Source: Psilocybe cubensis (taxonomy: Eukaryota). Taken from it: a stretch of DNA of 64,000 bases. Shown here in pieces: positions 12,168-24,887 of the stretch (its first letter is position 1; every line of letters starts with the position of its first letter). The translations under genes were made by a program, and so were the position numbers. The notes below the pieces were generated by a model. It did not search any database, was not told the DNA's origin, and saw nothing but the letters and a program-made list of their open reading frames with translations. Location: positions 4,092,001 to 4,156,000 of the forward strand of contig CM038999.1 of the NCBI GenBank assembly GCA_017499595.2, given 5' to 3'.

Positions 12168-15100
12168 GACCACTAAAAGGAATGGGAGGCGGTGACGGGT
12201 AAGCGAATCAGTTTTGCATGGTTGGATAGATCCCTGTCGTTTTATGCCGTGGAGCAAACCCGCCATCCATCTCGCGAACACACAGGACCTTCCATCTTTC
12301 GAGCTACGCTGTGCTTGACCTACCACATGATCCCTCCTCCGCGTAGTCTATAGCATTGAAATCCCACATCTTCCCACCCACTCCATATTTAACCCGTTAA
12401 AGAGCCCGTTTACCGTCGATAAAACGTTGAAGGGATGATTTGAAAGACATAAACGGACCGCGCCACGAGAGTCAGGAATGTCCACAGGCGAACGGGGGGA
12501 AGAAAGTTCCAATTGAGGTGTTTATTACTGAAACTATGTAGCTTGATGAACAATAAGTAGCCGTATGATGCTTCTCGCCCCGTTGATTACTTGCTGATGT
12601 TACAGAAAACATAACTTCGGGCTATTATTGGAATTGTAGTCGCTGTAAATAGAGCATATACATAGCACCATGGGTGGATGTGGATGTACGTGGCAAAAAA
12701 ATGGTAGCTTACGGGAACATCAAATCAAGCATAAAGATATAACAGTTGCTTCAGATTCAAGTTGGAGTCCTTCAAAGTGTTTCAATGCGGATCTTGTGCG
12801 AACATTGGGCAGCATACGTAGACAAAATTATTGACCGACTGCGGAAGCGGGAAGGTGGGCCGAGTAGTCTGACAATGATGTACGTGTGAAGTACAGTGTT
12901 TTAGACTCTAGGTGATGGTAAAATAAAACAATGTACGTGGGGTATAGGGGTACGTCAATGTGCTTGCACGTTGAAATGCGCACGCGTAATTTTTCAATCA
13001 TGAATGGAAATTCGAACTGAGATTTAATTTTAAAAACTCGGGAAGCGCCGCCTTGGGCGGCCCACACTGGCTTGGCGGACATTTATTGGCCATAGCATAA
13101 CATAGGACAGGTAACAGAAACTGATTGATTTAATGCAAATAATCTGTAATTAACAATTGGTCCAAGGTTGCCCGAAAAATTTCAATGATGTGGCTACTCC
13201 CCAAGAAGGGCAGTGATAACATGAACATGTTAAATTCCTACAAGACAATTAAGAATATACCACAGGTTCCGACTGCAGCCCAGAAATCTACCAAGTCACA
13301 AAGTTGTGCGAGTGTTCACCAAAATATTCCAGAATATAATAGTGTCTATAAGCAACATTTGAATAATAGATGAGTGAAATATACAAAAAACCACCACCAT
13401 TTATTTGCCAAAAAAGTTGAATTGTCAAAAGCACCAATTGAAAAAATGTGTTTATAGCTGGTTCAAAATTTCCATCTCTCAGAGTAGAATAATCTTCAGC
13501 ATTTATGCTCACATTTTTCTTAAAATGCAAGGCTGACTTTGTAACAAAGGATACTCAAACTCACCTATGACGGTGTACGTATTATTTTATGGATTGGAAC
13601 TTCACCAATTCTTTGGAATCAGGTTGGCCACCGGGCATGTCCATCCTGTTGGAAAATCACTCACAGGTTAGTTTTTCTCCAGATTTGCGTTCTGTATGTT
13701 CAACTTGCAGCCGGCGGCGCCCGCAGTGATCGTTACCACACACCCAAAATGGAAGGTGGGTACATGATGTTCCCAGGCCTGGCATCGTTTGCCATCCTAT
13801 AAACACAAATATCGCATTTAAACATAGTATAGTAGACACATATTTTGAATAAAAATTTAAACAGAAAGAATTGCGTGTTTATCTTCATCAATATCAACCT
13901 TATCAATGTCAAATTCTGCTTCCAAGTCCCCGATTACTAGATCATCATTGCCTTGTGCATCGAGGCAAGAAGGTCGTACATCTCTAAACCTTCTTCGAAT
14001 TACATAGTTGCGTGTTGATCGTATTGGGGTGGTGAATATATCATCCAGTTGAATGTGACACGCATCGTTAACCTCAGCGATGTTTTTTTTCTGCGGGTGA
14101 AGTCAATATTCTCACGGTACAATCACTCATCAAATGCCTGGGATTGCTCACTGGGTACGTACCCATACCTTCTTAGGTAACGGGTACAGTACCCAGTGGG
14201 TACTGGGTACGTACCTGGTACCCATTGGACGTACCCGCACAACACTGATCAAACAGGCCTAACGGCTTGCTTTCTCTCTGCTGTGTCCTTTCCTGTATTG
14301 ACCAATATCTCAGCATCGACTGAAGTATCATTTACGGTGGTAATTTTCCCAAAAATTATTGTTACACAAATACTAGAGTATGATGTATTGCTATTTAGCT
14401 GTGGTCTATAGTACTGCACCTAATGTCAACATGATATCAAATGTATGGATAACCTCATGATAGCCATTTTATTTCGCAACACCCTTGAATTTCCTTTCCT
14501 TTCTTAGGACGAGGTTGTCCTTTGTGTCTTGGTATCCTGGCCATGACCGATGTAATAATACTCGTTCTCTGAGAAGAGCTATCCTCTGCATTTCGTGACT
14601 GCACCATCTCTCTCACATCCCCAGCGTTGCGGAACGATGCCTGCAATGAGACAACATTGGGAAGCAGCGACCAGATATAGCTTTTAGACTTTATCCTCTC
14701 CACAGTTCGACCATGTATCAACGCTGTCATAGGTAATGTGAGGGTTTTCACGTAGGGAATAACACCCAGAAGGCGCTCGATATCTTCCGCTGGTTTCTTC
14801 GGGATCTTTGGACGTTCGTCGAAGGAACTGGGGCGGAGACGGTCATATAGCATGAGGTCCGTCAGTGTTCTTGAACAATGGCTGAGAAACTCATAGTATG
14901 CGTTTAAATTCCACGTGAAAGGTTTAATCGCTTCTTCACACAAAACGTGCAGGCTTTCTAGCTTTGGTGCGGAGAGGCGCTGAATGAAGTTTGGGACCTT
15001 GCTCGGATCGCATACGTAGATGTGTATATGTTGCAACTTCTCCATATGGATGGGAGTCAGTGCCTTTCGCGTGCGTACATCGCGCTTGGTGAATGTCACA

Positions 15101-15667
15101 GTTAGGGAAAGTTTGACGCAGGTTGCTGACGAAGGAAGCAGTAGATTTTGGCAAATAGTGTCCCAGTCGCCAGAGACGCCCACCATGGATATGTGGGTCA
15201 GAGGAGGCAAGTATATCTTAAAGATTCTCTTATAATCGAAGATAAACAGGGGCCTGGGTCCTTGAGGTCCAATTCCGTTCGGGCACAGGAAATTTACCTT
15301 GCAGGGGAAGCGAGGGAAGTGCAAGGGAAGTGCAGTGCGGGAAGTGCGGGCAGTGCGACGTGCGCGATTGGCTGAGGGCAGTGCGGAAGTGGCTGAGGGA
15401 AGTGCGGAAGTGGCTGAGGGACGTGCATGTGCGTGCGTGGGTTCGAACCGTGTTGTGGCAGGTCGGGGTGATGGAGCGTGGGATAAATTGACTTCAAACA
15501 AATTTGTGTCGTCTTTCTTGGTCGTCACTGTTCCTCTACATTGAACAAGGCTTGGCCCACTAAAAAAGTCATATTGTAATAGATAGTGGTGTAAATAGTT
15601 GAATAGAAGTAAATTTAAAAGTTATTTAATGGATGATTGTGTATTAAGCTAAGAATTGAGGCCCGGG

Positions 15668-16081
15668 CTAGTTTGCCATTGGTGAGCAACTATCCTTGTA
15701 TGAATAAAATATTAAACCACATACCTCGAGTTCACTGTCATCCCCTTCTCGATCACCAAAGTTGAAGTAATCTGGAAGTCCACCGTATGGGTTCCACCCA
15801 TCTTGATGTGGTCCCACATCGAGTCCCCACTGGCAGTGTCCTGCAACCCCGGCACGCGCCGAAACTTCAAAAATTTCTTCTTCAAAAAGCTGTAGGCAGT
15901 CCCTATCAACATCGATTTCGTTCTTGGAGGTAGGTCGTTCCCAGCATTGAGCTGACCAAGCTTCTTCAATAAGACGGTCATCCGAAAGGTCTGTGAACCT
16001 TGGATTTTGCTTGAGGTGATGAGCAATATAAAGAGTAAAAGCATGGGCGAGAGGCGGGAAGGATACCCATTTAATTCGCAT
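15668..16081 (-). CDS. Cargo exon of an uncharacterised protein with a DVDxxCL..EE.F....AG.AG..QWGLD.G.HQ..W.PY motif
   Basis: Protein-like ORF inside the element. I recall this motif from agaric hypothetical proteins, function unknown. Other exons appear degraded. Confidence 0.5.
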   Translation of the reverse strand: MRIKWVSFPPLAHAFTLYIAHHLKQNPRFTDLSDDRLIEEAWSAQCWERPTSKNEIDVDRDCLQLFEEEIFEVSARAGVAGHCQWGLDVGPHQDGWNPYGGLPDYFNFGDREGDDSELEVCGLIFYSYKDSCSPMAN

Positions 16082-16700
16082 TTTAATGTCGTTGTTGGCG
16101 ATTTTGCATTCAAACCAGTTCGAAATCTGAGCGCGTTCAATAATTGTTAGCTGACCAGTAAATAGAATAACACCAGATTTCAGGAAGGACCATACACATT
16201 TTTTTTGGAGCTAAAAATTTGGTAAATCGAACAAACCGACCTTGTTTGTATGAAATGTTATAGATAAATGAGTTAAGAGCAATTGAGAACGTCACCATTT
16301 GAGTCCTTAATATAGAGGGGGGGATTTCTTGTCTCTTCACTAGAGTCTTCACTCGGAGAGCGCTTCCTTTTGGATGGTTCATTTTCGTCGAAATAATCAA
16401 TAATATGTTTAATAAATTTCTGTTGAAAGTGATTGAACAAAAGTTAATCATAATGACAGTGACAGTGTAATCTCTTACCAAGAACGACATCTGAATACTT
16501 ATTCAATGTATCTAAATGATTTAGAAACAAGAGGTCCAAATTTTGTTATCATTTCATCAATATCCATCGATAAAACGGAAGTATATGATTTACGAATGTG
16601 GATTTGCGGAGGCATATAAGGCGCAACTGATCTCAAACACTAAAAATAGCTATGAGTTGCGTCAAACAGGAATAAAATGTCTTTACACTTGAATTTGAAT

Positions 16701-16872
16701 CGGAAGTGCAGGGAAGTGCAGGGAAGTGCAGGGAAGTGCAGGGAAGTGCATGGGAAGTGCGCTGGACGTGCATAGGCATAATTATTTGTTGGGAAGTGCA
16801 AGGGAAGTGCAGGGAAGTGCAGGGAAGTGCAGGGAAGTGCAGGGAAGTGCACGGGAAGTGCACGGGAAGTGC
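16701..16872 (+). repeat. Two blocks of the 10-11-bp minisatellite GGGAAGTGCA (about 6 + 8 copies)
   Basis: Directly visible. The same motif forms the subterminal repeats at 15301-15430 and, inverted, at 17336-17397. Confidence 0.95.
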
Positions 16873-18657
16873 AAGTGTCACGCTGAACCTAATGATGTTT
16901 TCTGAGTGAATAGACCCATAGAAGAGTTGGGATTGAACAAACATACAATAAGCGCCCATGGTTGTGGCACATGGCATACTCGTTGCGTCGGCCATAAGCC
17001 TTTGTTGCCACATCAGAGGTTACATATCTTGAGTGGTTCTATGTGCTTTCACATGCAAATGGTATATGTTTTTGACTATAAATTAATCCAGTTATACTTT
17101 ACAGAGACTATAGTACTAGATGTAATGACTGACCGAGTGACAAAATGGCGCTTTTGACGTTGGTGCATAGTCAAAGGTGTATGTCACATGTGACACTCTA
17201 CCATCGAAATAAAAATTGGGTTGATTTTTGTTCATACAACACGTCCCACAGTCCTTCAGAGGCAGAAACATACGGTACGACTTGCAGATACATCAAACAC
17301 TCCGAAAAACTGATTTATTTGCAATGTTTAATATGTACTTCCGCGCACGTCCCCTGCACGTCCCCTGCACTTCCCTCGCTTCCCTCGCTTACCCTGCAAG
17401 GTAAATTCTGTATGCCCATTCCGTTCAAGGCAAAGGTGTATCCCTCGAACCATAGTTCGAACGATTGATAGTCCGATTCCCATGTATCTTCAAGTTTCGC
17501 ATAAAGGTTGATCACTTTACCGCGTACTGATTCGACAGTGAGCTTCCGGAACTCTGCCATGTCACTATCTGAGAGCGTGAAGTCCACTATATGTTCCAAA
17601 CGGGGCAAGTACGGAATGATAACGCTTTTGACGAAGCTGGCGTTCCCGGAAACGTATGATTGCGCGTGCAGCTGTGAATGTTCAATCTCCTGTATGGTGT
17701 ATTGTCCATCCTTGATTTGCGGGATAACTGGCTGGTAGAGCAGGACGATACGACGCATGCTGCTGGCAGGTGCGTGTTTCTCTATCATCTCAACCAGTTC
17801 ATCACAGTTGTTATTAGGACTCTGCATACAGAAGAATTCGGTCTGATGATCATCAGGCGTGGTCGGCTTGCGGTGTATTGCGACGATATTTTTCCTGGGA
17901 GATAATGTGAAAACCTCATCGTTCTTGGTTTTGCCTTCGACGAGTAATTTTAGAAATTTTTTCACCGAGTGTTTGTCTAGAACGTGCTCTGTGGCTCGCT
18001 CCGTCTGATCTACGTGGCCTGGTGGTTGAGTATGTCTGAAAGAGAAAAGGATCAATGGGTAATTACGGGAAGATACGTTAGTTTGTGGGCTTACCCGTTG
18101 CGTTGAGAGTTGCTCATTTCTGTGAAAGTAGTACACTTAGGATACGGAATGTCATCTACGAAGTGCTTCGCAATTTAAGTCTTCTAGGTGATCGCTTTGA
18201 CCAGTTCCACAAGTGGCACATATCCAAATAGGGGTATTTGAGATGGCACACAGAAGCCCATCAATGCCAACAGTGCCATTGGGCCATTCAATGCAATTTG
18301 TGAGTCGCAGGGAAGTGCCCTTATCTAGATATGTGCCACTTGTGGAACTGGTCAAAGTTATCACACCAGTTCCACAAGGGGGGCATACGAGACGAGAATT
18401 AAGTGCAACGCAATTGCAAAGCGCGCAACTCTAAGTGCACGGTGGCTGCATGGCTGCACTAAGACGAAATGCAAGTGCAGATCTGATCACGCAATTGCAA
18501 TGCGAGTGTAGTGCGAGTGCGTATACGTAGTGCAAACTCTTTTAATTTGAGCTCTGAAAGCAGAGTATCAGTGAAAGAAAAAGGGAACTTTCCCACGCAT
18601 ACCATATCCAATGTTGCATATTCCGCATTAACTCCGTGTCAGCCCCACCACTTACCG

Positions 18658-19129
18658 AGGCCCCGGGAAGCTCCCCTACAGGCGTATCCCCGCCGGACCC
18701 AAAATATTTGTCTGAAATCCGCGAGATTTTGGGTCTCCAATCCGCGAAACCGGACGGTCATTTTGCCAAGACCTTCCTATTTAGGTAATTTTTCTCACCC
18801 TCGGACGGAGTCAAAGGAGCAAAAAAAGGCGCAAAAAATTCTACAGCTTTTTTCAAGCAGTCTTTTTCACAGTTCTTCTGTTTTTGGCAGTCAGAAAGCA
18901 TTTATGTCCTCACAAGGAAACTAATTTTTGTCCATATTTGGCAGCGCGCCCTATTTGCTGGCCAGACCAGCCGCCCATGCAGATTCTTCTCCTCAAATCC
19001 GCAGTGCCCCGGTCAAAGGTAGGCCTCCGGACCTCTCAAATCCGCGAAAAACAGACAGTAAAATGCTATTTTTTCAGGTCTCAAATCCGCGAAAAGTCGA
19101 TACGCCCCTAGGGGAGCTTCCCGGGGCCT
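18658..19129. mobile_element. MITE, ~31-bp TIR, 8-bp TSD ACTTACCG (hAT-like TSD length)
   Basis: aggccccgggaagctcccctacaggcgtatc ... gatacgcccctaggggagcttcccggggcct. acttaccg at 18650-18657 and 19130-19137. Internal tccgcga repeats. Confidence 0.9.
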
Positions 19130-19458
19130 ACTTACCGCAACAGACAGGGAGGAGGGCGATGCAGAATATGCAGTACTTAAAGTTTAAAAGCCTGTTAAGC
19201 TTTATTTAACTGCCCGTTGACGCATAAGTAATTGTTTCGTCACCTTACTTGCACATGGCAAGAATCCAACGGGACTCCATCATCTGATAGATATTAACGT
19301 CCACCGCCCTGGTATCAGCGTTTAAATCACACATGTTCAAGTGGATAACATCTTCATAACAGACTTGATAAAATAATACATTGCCAGCTATAGCCACAAA
19401 TCCGTTCCTTCCACTATTTATTATCGATACCGTTGAATGATCGAATATTTTTCGCACT

Positions 19459-21033
19459 TTACATAAGGCATTGAGAGTAGTAAGCTGTATTTTGAAGGAT
19501 AAGCCAATGAATATTAGATTGATCCATTGAAGTGAATCGGAATGATACGTACGGTTGAGGACCTGGCAAGTTCCCTGAGCGCAACTTGTGCCACCACTAC
19601 AAAACCAAAAAAATGAGTTTTTTAGCACTAATAAACAACGGAAATATTAGAATGCAACGTACGTCCATCCTTGCTGTAGGTTGAAATAATGCGAATGATC
19701 AGAAACTTGATAAATATTCAATAAAGAAAGAGAGACTTACTCCTCCGCATTGACCGTAGAGGGCAACCGTTCCGCCAGAAGTTGGCGATGGAGATGCAGT
19801 CGAAGAGTGGGCGGTGGTGCTAGGAGTAGTTGTAGTATGGGTGGTTGTACTAGGAGTCGCCGTGCTGCTGGCACCTCCTCCACCAGTGCTCGTTGGCTTG
19901 GAAGTAGACGATCCTGGAACGACAGTTGGGACTGTCTTGGGCTGGCTGGCAGTGTTCCATGTCGCGGTCGTGGGCCAGGGAGTAGCGGCAATCGCTGGAA
20001 CGGTGGTTCCGTACGGGGTTGGTCCGGGAACTGCGTGGTTTTATCAGTAAAGAAATTTAATGTCTTGAATGGGAAGGCCTTACTTGCGTAAGTGCTGAGA
20101 GGTTCATAGATGTTGATGAGAATTCCGGGGTCGGTTGCGCTGTATGCACCGGGGAACTTGACGGTGGGGGGCTTGGCTGATCCAGATCCCGAGACGTTAA
20201 TTTGGTAGCATGACATGTAGAACTGGGCACCGCCGACGGAGCTGGCGACGTGAAGAGCTAATTGACCGGATTTAATTATAAGGTAGATTCCGAAAAAATT
20301 CAGAGATTCAACTCACCAATGACTTCAGCGCGGACCAAGTAGTTTCCGGGAGCAATGTCCTTGGGAACGGTGAATGTAAAGTGTCCACAGTTATCCTGTT
20401 AAGGTAGAATATTTAGATGATGAATGTCATTATAAAGTGCAGACTCACATTCAGAACTTCGGTTCCCCAGTATACGGGGTTGTTTGAGGGCATTCCCATC
20501 TCAGCAACTTTGAACCAGCTTGCACTTGATCCAACAGCAGATGTCGCATCGGAAACAGCAGCCATGTAGACCTTTCCAATACCCGTCAGTTTCGTGTTGT
20601 GATACATGGGTAGACGAGCTAACCTGCACTGGGCCATAGTGATCTCCACCAATAGCCTCGTTAGAGCAAGAGCGGTCTCCCGGTTGCTGGTGCATCTCAA
20701 CGGTGAGCTGATCACCGGCTATATGACGCGCTGTTAGTGTACAGAATTGCAAAAAAACTCAAATTTCCTACCATTTACAGAGCAAACACCCTGGCTAGTG
20801 CCTGCAATGTTGCAAGCAATGTCCTACCATTGGATATTCTCTCGTCAATGTAAAAATGCCATTATATTTCAAAAATGACGTACGGTTGTGGTGACGCTCG
20901 TTACCGGGTTATTGCTCGCAGGCAGACGAACGCAAGAGCTACCAGCATCAACTCCATTAATCCATAGCTCTTGGAATGTCGCATGAGCGGCCGCAGAAGC
21001 GACGAAAGCAGCAGTGGCGAGCGCGTATCTCAT
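19459..21033 (-). CDS. AA9 (GH61) lytic polysaccharide monooxygenase with linker and C-terminal CBM1
   Basis: MRYALATAAFVASAAA|HATFQELWING (N-terminal His after the signal peptide), EMHQQPGDRSC..EAIGGDHYGPV, WFKV, GNYLVRAEVIALH..GGAQFYMSCYQI, PGAYSATDPGI, Thr/Pro linker, YGQCGG/QGWT/..C..GTC...YYSQCLM*. Confidence 0.95.
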
Positions 21034-21628
21034 CTTCACAGTCTTGGGTCCGAAATTGAATTGGAATGGGCTTTGAGGGTGCCAAGACCTTTTATATGCA
21101 TGGTAATTGAAATTTTGACTTTTGTTGAAGTCATTTCGCTGCCGAAGAAGTAGACGGAGGAGTTAGTCGGAAAAATTTCTCTCGGATATTCCTTTGCAGT
21201 TCGTCGTCACAGGGACTGATTTGGAGATGGTGCTCACTTAATGACTGGCTAATGTATAAATAACTCAACTTGCTATGTTTAGCGTAGGTATGTGTACTCT
21301 ATGACACCGAAGTTGAGCATTCTGAGTGAATTCGGTGAAATGACAGACGCCCATGTGACGGATTTGGTGCGTGAAAAGGCAAAAATCTCGGAAAAAGGAA
21401 GTGCTCTTGTAGAAGCCGACAGGTTCGATCAATTGAGCATATTGCTCGGAGGAATAGACTAGTTCCGTGACCCCACACCTCGTGTTACGTGGAGTTGGAT
21501 TTGCGTCAAGACATGGAGATGGTGGGTAAGGTGGTAGTCGTTGTACAAGCAGTCTAGTGAGAAGAGAAGGCCCTCAACAGCGTGCAACGCTGTGACTCCG
21601 TGGTGAATTCATAGACTCATATTTATAC

Positions 21629-22081
21629 TAAGGCTCCAACCGTTTCGTTTGTTTATCGTTTGTAAACGGTATATACCATTTACCGTTTCGTTTAGTTTAC
21701 GAGCCTTGCTAAACAGTTTACAAACGTTTATAAACGGTTCAAACGGTAACAGATTTTTGTGCTAAAGTATATCTCTTTTTTGGACAATATTGGGTGCGTA
21801 TTACATCATATGATTCATCTTTTATTCTTTACACCAAACTAACTCATTTGCACTCTTGTTTTGGTCCCATTTTTGTACCAATTAGGTGCCGACTATTATC
21901 TTCCTTGGCAAATCGGCCGCATTAGGACAAATGATGCGTTGAACGCTGTTGAACGCCTGCCCTTGTAGCCACCCTCGAGCTTACTGTTTACAAACGTTTA
22001 TAAACGTTTGTAAACTGTTTATTACCGTTTCCGTTTAGTTTGTAATAAAATTTAAACGGAAACTAAACGGTTGGAGCCTTA
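21629..22081. mobile_element. hAT-type MITE, 8-bp TSD ATTTATAC, ~600 bp upstream of the AA9 gene
   Basis: taaggctccaaccgttt ... aaacggttggagcctta. atttatac at 21621-21628 and 22082-22089. aaacg/cgttt subterminal repeats. Confidence 0.92.
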
Positions 22082-22989
22082 ATTTATACACCCACGTTGT
22101 TAAAATTAAACGGTAAAGATATTCCTCCCACAATTGTCAGCACCAGTTTAAAACCTAGACCCTATCTTGACACGCAGCCACGACAAGACAATTGGCCGAA
22201 ATCATGTCCTCTCGAGACCTCGACAGACCACGATACCTCGAGAGCTGAACCTGCTCGCCTGAATACAGACAAGCCACATATGGCCCGCGACGAGGTCGAA
22301 AGGACTGGGTACTGAGGCCTCACCTGGGGCGTGTGTCGGCTTACCGCTTTCTAAAATCGTCTCGGCGGCAAAGTGGCTTGGCGCTCCACAAGGGAAGAAA
22401 ATGAGCGCTTGTTCCTCATACCACCCTATTTCGGCGAGATTAGGCGCTCAGTAGAGATAGGCACTCACTTGAGAATATAGTTTTCATAGCTACCTATACG
22501 AATACTTATAGAAATATTGGAAACGCAAGCTGTGCGAGGTGCTACAAGATAGATATCGTATGATGACCTGAGAGATTGGATTGATATCTGATGCAGTAAC
22601 TGGAACTGAGAGCTTAAACAAGATAATTCGGGCTATAATGATGATACTGTCGAGATATAGGCCTTTTCATGCCGTGCTTAGCCAATATGTGAAGGTGAAT
22701 GGCTTTTCGGTGGGAAACGTGTTCCAAAAATAGTGCGCTAACAGATCTTTTAATATCGCAACTGTCAGGAGCATATCCGCATCGTTGAACCAAACGTGAT
22801 CAGGGAGTTATTGCGCCGCAGAATTTTCCCAAGATCAAAGTTCGAGCAGATTTTGATTTTATTCCAGGCTTTGACCACAACCACCACCGTTGTACTCACA
22901 TCCTTGACCGTCGTCGCCCCTTCCACTCTTTTCGTGTATATCATACTTACACATCCAGTCTTTACCAACCCCACACCCCACAAGTAAAC

Positions 22990-23562
22990 ATGCGTGCCCC
23001 CTCCTGGTCCCTTGTCGCCGTCTTAGCCCTCTTCATCGGGAACCTTACCCCGCTCGTCGCGGCGGAGAGCAGCGAAGGTGGATCTACGACGTCCTCCCAG
23101 ACTTCGTCGACCTCTGCTTCTGTTTCTAGCACGTCGCATTCGGTTACCTCAACGCATCCTAATCCCTCCACCACCAACAGCCCCTCGTCGACTTCCACTC
23201 ACGCGTCGAGCAAGACGTCCTCCCAGGGCCCCAAGCCGACAGTCAACACCACCACCAAGCCTGCCAGCAGCAAGTCCACCAGCAGCGCAAGCTCTACCCC
23301 GCCGGCTTCGACTTCCAGCGGAAGCTCCTCTGTATCTATTGGTACAGGTGTCCCGAATAGCGTCCCGCCTGTCCCCGTCGGATCCAACGCCTTAGGCACC
23401 GATACATCTGGCAGCGCTTCTGCTACCGATTCGGGAAGCACAGACGCCCCGAACCCCAGCAACGTACCATCCGGTTCTTTGGGTCTCCAGGCCTTTAACA
23501 ATGCACCATGGGCCAAGTTGAGCATTGGCATTAGCCTCGGAGCCCTTTTGGTCGCTCTTTAA
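22990..23562 (+). CDS. Small Ser/Thr-rich secreted, probably GPI-anchored protein (intronless, 190 aa)
   Basis: Signal peptide MRAPSWSLVAVLALFIG, low-complexity S/T/P body, hydrophobic tail LSIGISLGALLVAL*. Confidence 0.85.
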   Translation: MRAPSWSLVAVLALFIGNLTPLVAAESSEGGSTTSSQTSSTSASVSSTSHSVTSTHPNPSTTNSPSSTSTHASSKTSSQGPKPTVNTTTKPASSKSTSSASSTPPASTSSGSSSVSIGTGVPNSVPPVPVGSNALGTDTSGSASATDSGSTDAPNPSNVPSGSLGLQAFNNAPWAKLSIGISLGALLVAL

Positions 23563-24887
23563 TTGGGTTATCCCATTACCAAAGTCCATCTTCACATACA
23601 TACGACAAACGCTACTATCCGACCTTCCGCTAGCATCTCCTCGTATGCATAAATGTCGATACCCATAGCTTCCCCCGTTCCATGTCGGTTCCACTCTTTC
23701 ATCGGCAGGCAACACATCGCTGTCTTTGTTTCTCGCTTTATTTTCTTGTCTTGGTGTATAGGTCTAATTGTGTTCTTGCTCGCGTAGTGTTCTAAGTGTA
23801 CGTTGTTCCTTTTTGGTGTATATTGGGTCGTTTGCGAAGCTTCTTTCAATATGTACATAATGGTTGTATTGACAGGTATCTAGGCTAGGGAACTAACCCG
23901 ATGTGACACTGACTGACAGCCGGTCTTCTACGCTCGTTCTCGTTTAGTGCATGTACTCTAGATACCCTCCGCGCTCCAAGTCATACCTTCTTGTGTGTTG
24001 TATAAATCTCTGTGTCATTCATCGCCGTATATTTCATACTGGATTTCCTGCGAAGGGCAATTGCTCAGAGGGTATGAAGACAGGCGAGTTTTGAACACCA
24101 TTGACACCGTGTCTTCGAATTTCGGGCGTCTGCACTCTCACGGCGTCAACCCATCCCCGCATTTCCGATCTGCGGCGTCTGTGCTGCTTCACACAAGTTT
24201 GTTGTACCTTTAAGGATAGTTATACACCTTTCAAGGCGTTAAGCTATTCTTTTCATCGAGGAGTAATGACATCCAAAGTGGTATCATCCTTACCATCCTT
24301 TTCTGATCCCTGTGATCAGGGTCAAGGGTTATATTTGCCATTTGATGTCTTCAGTAGTAGGTCATCAGATGAATATGCACAATTATGCCTGCTTCCCGCG
24401 TACAGTGCTGTGATCTTCTACCTAGTATGAAGACGAATAAAACCTCTCCTGCATGAAGCCAGATGAGGGCGCCTAAAAACCCGCCTCAAACTCCCCGCGA
24501 TATCGTGGGAAATATGCTGGACCGACATTCGGCGGTATCCGGGAGAGCGGGCCAGTAGTACTGGGTAGTGGCAGTGGCCATGGAATCTCTTATTGTTTGA
24601 ACGTTTCAAGTCAATCACCGCGGAATTGCCTCTGTTACCTTGCCTTGCACATATTGATGAAGGTGGGGTAGTTTAACGTTAGCAGGTGTCATTCCGGAGC
24701 GCGCTGGATGGAGCGGAAGAGTGGATATGTCCGAATGTCAGATGCGACATGACTCCATGAGCGCTGGGCGCTAGATTCGGAGTGCGGTATGTACTCACTT
24801 GAATTTTGACAGCTTAGCACAAAGAAAAGATGGGATGATCAAATTAAAGTGATAAACTAGCATAGGACATGGAAAATTTGGAGTAAT

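Larger units (their letters stand above)
15281..17417. mobile_element. GGGCA-ended non-autonomous element with 9-bp TSD ATTCCGTTC (Mutator/MULE-like), carrying cargo
   Basis: Left end gggcacaggaaatttaccttgcagggg; right end reverse complement gggcatacagaatttaccttgcagggt. attccgttc at 15272-15280 and 17418-17426. Confidence 0.9.
14455..18136 (-). pseudogene. Gene with an F-box/LRR-like C-terminal region, split in its coding sequence by the 15281..17417 insertion
   Basis: Removing the element plus one TSD joins ORF 17315..18136 (...EGYTFALNG) in frame to ORF 14455..15528 (IGPQGPRPLFIF...). LQHIHI..FIQRLSAPKLESLHV resembles agaric F-box-associated LRRs. The 5' end is uncertain. Confidence 0.7.

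Noticed and set aside
13100-14100. Cys-containing fragments (FWVCGNDHCG) as a gene
   Set aside because: Too fragmented to support a model or family.
14149-14247. GGGTAC-rich patch ending in aacactg
   Set aside because: Probably a truncated hAT-like end, but with no partner TIR or full TSD it cannot be called.
16701-16872. GGGAAGTGCA array as telomeric repeat or CRISPR
   Set aside because: No spacers, eukaryotic context, not TTAGGG-like, and the same motif forms the element's subterminal repeats.
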